A stretch of 64,000 bases of DNA from the NCBI RefSeq assembly GCF_902652985.1, contig NC_047019.1, positions 29,450,001-29,514,000 of the forward strand, written 5' to 3'. The translations under genes and the position numbers were made by a program. Positions within the stretch are counted from its first letter, which is position 1; every line of letters begins with the position of its first letter. This stretch comes from Pecten maximus. Lineage: Eukaryota. Positions 55,867 to 64,000 of this stretch are shown piece after piece. The notes under the pieces are model-generated. The model was not told the origin of the DNA and searched no databases. It saw only the letters and a list, made by a program, of their open reading frames with translations.

Positions 55867-57243
55867 ACATTATTATATTGACAGGAAAATATATTACCTG
55901 CAGGTGCATAATGATTTAATACTATATTGATGAATTAAAGCAAAAAAATGTGCTTAATCCCTGTTGAGGCAAGAACAACATTAAAATCGTGAATATTTTG
56001 GTAAAATAAGACAAACAGTTCAATTTGAGGTTTCTTTTAAGGATGATTGACAGTAAAAAGTGATTTTCAATTCCATTATTCACATTTTAGCAAATGTATA
56101 CTGTGCTTTAGAACACCTAATTCATTAAACAAAATCCATGTTAGGGTATACTTTCCCCTACTAAAATCTAGGTTAGGATGTATATGTGACATTTTCACTA
56201 ACCTCAATCCTGGTAGGGATATGTATATATACTGATTTCATTTTCCACAATCCAAGTAGGGATATGTACATATGCTAATATCCTCAAATAGGGAAATATA
56301 TATGAAATTTTTTCCTAACTAGAATTCAGATGTGCATATTTCATTTCCGTCAGTCTAAGTAAGAAAAGTGTAACAGATATATACAGCGTGAAATTTAATC
56401 ATTTTGAATTACAAAATAATTCTAATTTTAATTTTTGTGATTAGCGTTTATTGTATCTTTTAAGCAATCTGTTCCAAGGGAGATAACCAAAATTAAACCA
56501 TACAAGAACGAAAAACCTGATATTGGAAGGGAGGCAACCCAATCAAAAACGCATTGTATAATGGTGTAACTTCCATAATATTTACACAAGTACTAGCTTC
56601 CAAAAAAGTTAAGAGGACTACCAACAGCATTATCTATGAGTAAGCATTATAGTTAAGTTTGAGATAGATGGGTATGTTGAAGCTTTTGAAGTCAGTGGAG
56701 TTTCTCTCATATGCATATCTCTCCCAAGTCTATCAATTTCCGACCATAACCAAAAAAATCAGCACCACTAATCATGCGATAATAGTACAATGTCCAACAA
56801 TCCTGCTGGAACAATTGTATCTCTGATTTTATCAACCACATGATGTTTTTATTGCAAATAATTTCCCCTACTACAAATGATGACATCACATACTGAAGGT
56901 AACCAATCACGTAGTATAAGCAATGCTAGCGAGGCAATCAAAGTAGATAGATCATTCATATACATGTGCAATCCCCACAATATGGCTGGTACAAAGACCA
57001 AAACTAATGCTACCATTCCTGGATGGTAGTGAAACCTTTCTCTGATGTTAAAAGTATTAATGTGTGATTTATGACATCAAGGGAATTTCGTTTTGTTGAG
57101 TGTATCAAGTAACTTAAGAATGTTCAGAATTTATTAAATACATACCTTGAAGATGAGTATTATCACTGCTTACCTAAAGGCTCAAAAATATCTTAATATA
57201 TACCAATTACTACATAGTTACAGTATATACTGTCATAACTTAC

Positions 57244-57352
57244 TTCAAAATCATTTGGATCAAACATGTTCTTTAAGACAACAACTTTCTCATTTTTGGG
57301 TCGAACAGAACCTTGTCCAAGCTCTTTTTTCTCTGGTCTCCAGTCAAACAAT
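57244..57352 (-). CDS. HTATSF1: HTATSF1 coding exon 5 (start of UHM/RRM2)
   Basis: LFDWRPEKKELGQGSVRPKNEKVVVLKNMFDPNDFE. Phase matches exon 4; phase-0 donor GAA|GTAAGT. Confidence 0.95.
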
Positions 57353-58012
57353 CTGTGTAATTATAACACATATACATTAAATAACATTTCAATTAGTTAA
57401 CTAACTAGTGCCATCAATCTGACAGAACTAGTGAGTGGGATCAAAGAAATGACGAGATATCAAGCTGATACATCAAGCCGACATGTGATAAATCTTGGAC
57501 AAAGCACCAGTACAATCGGAAAATTAAATCAAAATAATGGTTGTGATATCGGAAAATGAAGACCTCAGGTAATGAAAACCATGGTATGAATTGTATGAGT
57601 GAATAAGTAAGTGTATTGGAGTATTGGCTTTATGAAATCTGATCATAAACAAATACAAATCTTATTATTACATGACAGTGAATTACAGAGGAGGAACAAC
57701 TACCTCGAGCTCTATGAAACCATATTAGAGTTGACTGTCCATGGCCAACTCACCAGTTATCCATATTCTTATGTAATGTGATTGTTTTATATTTTTTCTT
57801 TTCTCATAATTTGATAAATTTCTGTCTGCAATAGTGTTATATATCAACTCATTAAATCAAAATGCATCTAATGAACACTCATTATCAGAGATAAACCATT
57901 TTTCCACTAAGGGGAACAACTCAAATACATTTTTCCATGAACTCTAATAACAAAATTTCACCATGCATTTAGAATTTTTTCATCATTTGGCATTTCATAA
58001 ATATGTTCTTAC

Positions 58013-58182
58013 TTTTCTTGTTTCTCCTTGAACTTCCGCTTGTCTTTGTTGCTGAGTTTTTTTCTCCGTTTGCTGGGATCAAAATCTCCCTTCATAGTGA
58101 ACTTGGCCAGCTCTACCTTGATCTTATGACCTCTGAGCTCAGAATCATCCAGAAACTTCCTCGCAAGTTCCACAGACTCAAC
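58013..58182 (-). CDS. HTATSF1: HTATSF1 coding exon 4 (RRM1 C-part and linker)
   Basis: VESVELARKFLDDSELRGHKIKVELAKFTMKGDFDPSKRRKK...KQEK. TTCAG acceptor, phase-2 GTAAG donor. Confidence 0.96.
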
Positions 58183-58377
58183 CTGAACACAGTATAAAAC
58201 TATTCCATGTAAAAGTCTTACCAAAATTCACAACACTTATAATTCACAATGGTAAGTGATACATTACATTAGTATCAAAATGATAAATAGTTCTCTCCCC
58301 TGTTGTGAAAATGTGATATACAAGAAAACAGCTCTTTACTCAGGTTCAATATAAATTCCTCGCATTTCTCCCCTTGT

Positions 58378-58462
58378 GAGGTGGTAAATTAAAGTGATTA
58401 CAGACTTGCCTTTCACCTTAGCAGTCTGTGTTTGATTCCCTGATCGTATGTGAAAGGTATAC
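58378..58462 (+). mobile_element. Possible decayed tRNA-derived SINE head
   Basis: ..GCCTTTCACC..GCAGTCTGTGTTTGATTCCCTGATCGTATGTGAAAGG contains a B-box-like GTTTGATTCC (GTTCGATTCC after CpG decay). Confidence 0.3.
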
Positions 58463-58675
58463 TTATATTCATCTTTAGTCCTAAGAAATAAGGTAAATCT
58501 TCATACCTTACAGTAAACACCTTTCAGTAAACAATCATCAATTTCCCTCCCCATATCACCTACTCATCTATCCATTCTAGGATAATGTTCCTTCTTTTCA
58601 TCAACTGTAAGTCTGTTCTGTTTAGGGTTTCCCTAACAGGTATATTAAGTCCTACTGATCTTTTGTCCCCTTTGG

Positions 58676-59830
58676 ATACCTTACCCTGGTATACCTTACC
58701 CTGGTTAACCTTACCCTGCCATACTTTACCCTGGTAAACCTTACCCTTGTAAACCTTATCCTGGTAAACCTGACCCTGGTATACCTGACCCTGGTATACC
58801 TTACCCTGGTATACCTTATCCTGGTATACCTTACCCTGGTAAACCTTACCCTTGTAAACCTTATCCTGGTAAACCTTACCCTAGTAAACCTTACCCTGGT
58901 AAACCTGACCCTGGTAAACCTTACCCTGCCATACCTTACCCTGGTATACCTTACCCTAGTAAACATTACCCTGGTAAACCTTACCCTGGTATACCTTACC
59001 ATGTTTAACCTTACCCTGCCATACTTTACCCTGGTAAACCTTACTCTGCCATACTTTACCCTGGTAAACCTTACCCTGGTATACTTTACCCTGGTATACC
59101 TTACCCTGGTATACCTTACCCTGGTAAACCTGACCCTGGTAACTACCGTTTAACCTTACCCTGGTAACTTTACCCTGGTAACCTTACCTGCATACTTATA
59201 CCCTGGTAAACCTTACCCTGGTATACCTTATCCTGGTATACCTTACCCTGGTATACCTTACCCTGGTATACCTGACCCTGGTAAACCTTACCCTGGTAAA
59301 CCTGAACCTGGTATACCTTACCCTGGTAAACCTTACCCTGGTATACCTTATCCTGGTATACCTTACCCTGGTATACCTTATCCTGGTATACCTTACCCTG
59401 GTATACCTTATCATGGTATACCTTACCCTGGTATACCTTACCATGGTAAACCTTACCCTGGTATACCTTACCCTGGTAAACCTTACCCTGGTATACCTTA
59501 TCCTGGTATACCTTATCCTGGTATACCTTATCCTGGTATACCTTACCCTGGTATACCTTACCATGGTATACCTTACCCTGGTATACCTTACCTTGGTAAA
59601 TCTTACCCTGGTATACCTTACCCTGGTAAACCTTACCCTGGTAAATCTTATCCTGGTATACCTTACCCTGGTATACCTTACCCTGGTATACCTTACCTTG
59701 GTAAATCTTACCCTGGTATACCTTACCCTGGTAAATCTTACCCTGGTATACCTTACCCTGGTATACCTTACCCTGGCAAACCTCATCCTGGTAAATCTTA
59801 TCCTTATATACCTTATCTGATAAATCTTAC
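58676..59830 (-). repeat. 15-bp satellite (~75 copies) starting at the HTATSF1 exon 3 donor
   Basis: Plus-strand unit CCTTACCCTGGTA(T/A)A; the minus strand reads CCAGGGTAAGGT(A/T)TA. Confidence 0.98.
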
Positions 59831-60039
59831 CTTTATATAACAGCAGCGCCCATCACCTTTCGGATTTCCTTCACTATCCTTGTAAAGTTTGAGCTTGAGA
59901 CCTCGGCTGAGTGGGTCAGCCATGATGAGGCCGTATTTGCCCATCAGTTCTCTGAATTCGTCGTCAGTGATATCCAGTGGCAGTCCAGACACATATACAT
60001 TGGTGTTCTTTGTTTCATCAACATCAAACCAAGAAGGAG
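59831..60039 (-). CDS. HTATSF1: HTATSF1 coding exon 3 (RRM1, N-part)
   Basis: WFDVDETKNTNVYVSGLPLDITDDEFRELMGKYGLIM...KLKLYKDSEGNPKGDGRCCYIK. CTGTAG acceptor, AAG|GTAAGA donor. Confidence 0.97.
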
Positions 60040-60660
60040 CTACAGAGACAAGGCAAAATAGAATGTACATATAACTTACAATTTACATTGACTCAAATTT
60101 AAATAGTTTATATATGAAGTAAGATGAAAATCTTTAACATGAACATTTAGTCATTGACCCAAGGAATTTAAGCATTGTCACAAAGCATGTTCATATACTA
60201 ACTTTGAAATCCAAATCAAAGACTCCGCAGTAAATTATCAATAACTAATATACATGACTGCACCATTGAAATACACTTTAAGTAATGGCAGAAAAGAAGG
60301 TTCAGAACATGCTTAGAAATGGTAGGCAAGTCAGCATGATATCGTTTTGGTACAAGTTCATTTTAACTACACAGCAGTGCCCTTGAATAATTAGCCTGAT
60401 TTGATTTATTTGTCATTTACCATTATCTTTAAAGGCATTTACCTAGGAATTGGTCAGTTATTTATGTGAACCAGTCAGATAGCTAACAGGAAGCCTGAAG
60501 TTAGTACATGGTGTGTGTATATGTCATCACAAATTTCAATTTTTCTCAAATGGTGCAGAGAAAATATGACAGTATAATGGAATCAAAGCCCTTGGATTTT
60601 GAATATATTCAATTCTCTGACAGACTATTAAACTCAAATTTATCAAACATTTTTAATTAC

Positions 60661-61078
60661 GTTCTTCTGGCTTTTTGGGTTCAGATGCCTTTTTTCGTTT
60701 CTTTCCCTTCTTTTCCTGCTGACTTTCATCTGCTTCCTTTTCCTCTGAGTTTTCTTGGTTGTAATAATCATATCCACAATATTCTACTGCTTCTTTGTGT
60801 CCATAGTAGTATGCATAGTAATCAAAATATTTCTTCCTGTACTCATCACTGTTTTCATCAACCTCCTCCTCACTTCCTTCCTCTCCACTGCCCTTGGCTT
60901 CCGTACCAGGATCCCTCTGACCACCATAGTACTTCTTACAGTACTGATCATACCATTCCTTGTACTCAATGCTGTTGATGTCTGCTGGAGGAGCTGGGAA
61001 ATCTGAAGTATCAGGCCTAGGGCTGGCCTCTGAAGCACCATAGCTCATCTGATATCGGGCTATAAAATCATCATCAAT
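60661..61078 (-). CDS. HTATSF1: HTATSF1 coding exon 2
   Basis: TTATAG acceptor. IDDDFIARYQMSYG (human ITEDFIATYQANYG), then an acidic/Tyr-rich segment and basic KKGKKRKK (NLS-like). Phase-1 donor C|GTAATT. Confidence 0.92.
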
Positions 61079-61240
61079 CTATAACAAAAGAAATGTAAAA
61101 GTAAATCAATTGACCCTTCAATGAATCAGTTAAGCTCTAAAAAGATCTATTAATACTATAATTTTTTTCTTTTTCTTTTTGGTATATATATTCCACAGAA
61201 AGAGATCTGGTCAAAATATCAAAAATTTAGATAGACCTAC

Positions 61241-61366
61241 CTTTGGAAACCATGCTTGTTTCTCATCATTCCATTCATACTCGGTCCCATCCTCATCAAC
61301 TTTGGTTTTTCTCTTTTTCTGTTCTTCCTCTTGTGCCAGCTGTGCCTCAAAATCAGATTCCTCCAT
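61241..61366 (-). CDS. HTATSF1: HIV Tat-specific factor 1 homolog, coding exon 1
   Basis: MEESDFEAQLAQEEEQKKRKTKVDEDGTEYEWNDEKQAWFPK matches the Tat-SF1 N-terminal F..QL...E and YEWD..K.AWFPK motifs. Phase-0 donor AAG|GTAGGT. Missed by the ORF track. Confidence 0.93.
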
Positions 61367-62436
61367 TGAATAGACAGTGTGTAAGGGAGGTAGCCCTTGA
61401 AAAAGTTATTAACACAAGTACATGAGACTAGTACACTGCATCATTGTACAAGTTTATATAAATGCACTTCCAATATACCAATTCTTAATATTTTGTTCGG
61501 TGGTCCTGAAATCCCCATGTGATCTTAAATTTAAGGAAAATTTACTTTGGAAAGATGGAAAATGTGTGGATGTATTTTTCATATTACATAAGACAAGTAA
61601 CACGGATCGAATAGTGAATTGATGCACAAGTTAGTATGTTTTCCCTATTCATCCATCATCATCTGTAAACTAATCATACAAGATACGAGAACATTCATAC
61701 TGGACCTGAAAATAATTGAATTATAATTAATGGCTACACAAACATACATCAGATTCCCTTGTGACCACTGATAATTATTTATAAGGCAAGCCTAGTCACA
61801 GGAGACTTGACACATTCCTATAACCCAGAATGGAAGATGTCATTTTTTATTCAATTGTAAGTGATCTTGGGTCGGATCAAGGGTTAAATATAGTAATCTG
61901 GGAGTCAGACCCCGGGGCAAATATTATTCTGGGAAATACAAAAAGTGTCAAGCCCGTGGTCTAGTAGTAGTACTTTGTAATGTAAATTGATTGTACTATG
62001 TCCAACATGTCCAGTATTGCCTTTAGTGCATTCCATAATCTTCTTTAAAGGTTTTACACAATAGGTCTGATAGGCTATTAACTATTTACATGAACTTCAT
62101 TTTAGTTGCATCCACTAGTACTATAAACTATTAGAAAACATACCCCCAATATCTATATGCAGCTAAACACAAATGCTTTAATACAAACACACCAATCTAT
62201 ACCACATAAGCTCGTGACAGACGTCTATGCTGAGTTTAGTATCAGGGATGAATAGCATATGCTGTGTAGATACACATAGATGGGAATGATTTTACAGAAC
62301 GTCAGCCACACGTTTTTCTGGACCGGTTGTTTATTATTCTATTTTTATACTTTCTCGCTATAACAACAGGAACTTCAGTTGAAAATTAATTTCTTATTAC
62401 GTAGAGAAAGCAAATATGCAACAATAGCTCCATTAC

Positions 62437-62525
62437 CTTCCTCTTACAGACAGAGAGCACAAAATAATTAAACCGCAAACAATGTGACTTGAATTTCCTC
62501 GATATTGGCGGCCATATTTTCTCAA
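62437..62525 (-). promoter_or_regulatory. Putative TSS region / non-coding first exon of HTATSF1
   Basis: Minus strand reads AAAATATGGCCGCC (YY1/Pho-type motif typical of housekeeping TSSs). Donor GAAG|GTAATG at 62437/62436. CpG density rises here; candidate acceptor TTTTCAG near 61706. Confidence 0.5.
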
Positions 62526-63114
62526 CTGTCGTAATCTAGTCTAAACTAATGTCGTATTTTATAGCAAAAATTAAAAAAAAAAAATAAAAAGAGAAAAATA
62601 ATATATTCTTCAAGAAATGATGAAATATCGTTCAAATTTGGGTATTGGAGTTGTGCCAAAAATATATATTAGGCCTAGATTTCTACTATATTTCCCATAT
62701 TTTACGACAAACCTGGATCAAGGGAAGTAACTCTTACGTACTTACCGTGCTTTGTGGTTTCAAACTCCAATTTAGATCTACCGAAATCAGTATAGGGGAC
62801 ATACATAAAGGGATTAGAGATTCCAGTAGTTTGGAGACGGACATAGCATGAGCTTTTGTGCACTAAGCCGCGAAGGCGTGATTTCCACTATATAACTAAT
62901 ACTATATACATGTACCAGCGGGCATTAAGTAAAATTGAATAATTTTATTAAAGATCTGCTGATTGATATAAAATTAAGTTAACTTTTTCAAAATTGTTTG
63001 CTATTAAACTTGATCATTAGCAATGTAAATGTATTCAGCTTTTATTTGATTCCAATAGAAAAAAAAAAATCGGATGAAGACTTTTGGAGAAAACTTGCTG
63101 AAAAATAAGCTTTA

Positions 63115-63475
63115 TTTAATGCAAAATTTTAATAGTTTTATGAAAAAAAAATACAAATGTATGTTTCAAAAACTTAATCAGTGCATGTGTAATTTATCAA
63201 GCTTTTTACTATTCCAAACAAGATTGAACGAGTATTTTTGGAGAAAAGTGGTTCAAAACAAGGTTGTATATTTCGATAATATTTGATATTTTTTGTACTA
63301 CTAACAGTAAGCGGCTATTGCGTAAAATCAGTGATTATTTATGCAAAATTTGAGCAATTTGCTCAAAACCGTTTGCTAGAACAACTTAATCAGTGCACGT
63401 GGAATTTATTCAGCTTTTGACAGATTCAAAAACTGAAACGACTGGGCGAGACATTTGGGAGAAAAGTGGTTGTAG
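63115..63475 (+). repeat. Diverged ~220-bp tandem duplication
   Basis: Blocks ATGCAAAATTT, AACTTAATCAGTGCA.GTG.AATTTAT and GAGAAAAGTGGTT each occur twice, ~205-225 bp apart. Confidence 0.65.
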
Positions 63476-64000
63476 TTAACTCGATGTCATCACGCTAAGT
63501 CGTTACTAACAGATAGAGACAGTTTCCAATCCCCGTATGTACGTTCCTGGTTCAACAAGCCTTTACAGTCTGTCACATGATTTTATTGCTATTAATATTG
63601 AACAAACGGTGAAAATAGCTGACCCTGACAGGTGCCCCTTGTGATGAAATATTCCATTGAATATTGAAATTAACAAAGTAAAGTGTAAGTGTGATTTACT
63701 TTAAAAAAATGCCTTCTGGGGTACTTATGGTTTAATAGACTTGTTTCGAGATGGAACAAATAGTTTCCATATGTGTATAGCCAATGGGAAGCCAGTATTC
63801 TGTCATGTGATGTATTATGTAATTATCAATAATGCTATCTTGTGTGTACAATTATGTACATTTATTTACAGTTTAACTATACGATAAAAGAAAGGAAATT
63901 GTATTTCAAACAGTATACATTTTTAGCCTTAATTCTTATGACTCATGATGGTAAAAATATAGTTATACATGTACCAACAAAGATTTAACGAATGGTATAA

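Noticed and set aside
54300-55867. 340-360-aa ORFs in three frames
   Set aside because: Produced by a stop-free 25-bp satellite inside an intron; no domain content.
58652-59820. (RVRYT)n and (LVYLT)n ORFs
   Set aside because: 15-bp satellite artefacts, separated from exon 3 by an in-frame stop.
1-64000. Window-wide enrichment of Su(H) (YGTGRGAA at 6698, 27396, 33791, 38787, 48804) and TEAD (CATTCC) sites
   Set aside because: The counts seen are about what base composition predicts for a window this size, so no enrichment claim can be made without conservation data.

Overview
AT-rich, intron-containing animal DNA. It is an invertebrate; a mollusc/lophotrochozoan is inferred from repeat and SINE style. 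It is not prokaryotic: no CRISPR, rRNA or intact tRNA was found. Two convergent (tail-to-tail) protein-coding genes can be assembled by hand from GT-AG splice sites. (1) A vestigial/VGLL1-3-type TEAD cofactor on + has 4 coding exons at 25974-31874 and gives ~269 aa once two apparent homopolymer insertion errors in exon 3 are corrected. (2) HTATSF1/Tat-SF1 (Cus2/Barc, a U2 snRNP factor with RRM + UHM) on - has 7 coding exons at 61366-41950 and gives 517 aa. Its UHM is split by a 13.8-kb intron. The ~26 kb upstream of vestigial has no recognisable gene and carries several satellites. The most interesting signal is that HTATSF1 and VGLL1 are also neighbours in human (Xq26.3, recalled, not checked). 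Here the vestigial-facing part of HTATSF1 (giant intron plus last two exons) keeps its CpGs while its 5' part is CpG-depleted. That is the pattern expected of an ancient genomic regulatory block with vestigial as target and HTATSF1 as bystander. Most long ORFs in the supplied track are translations of tandem repeats.
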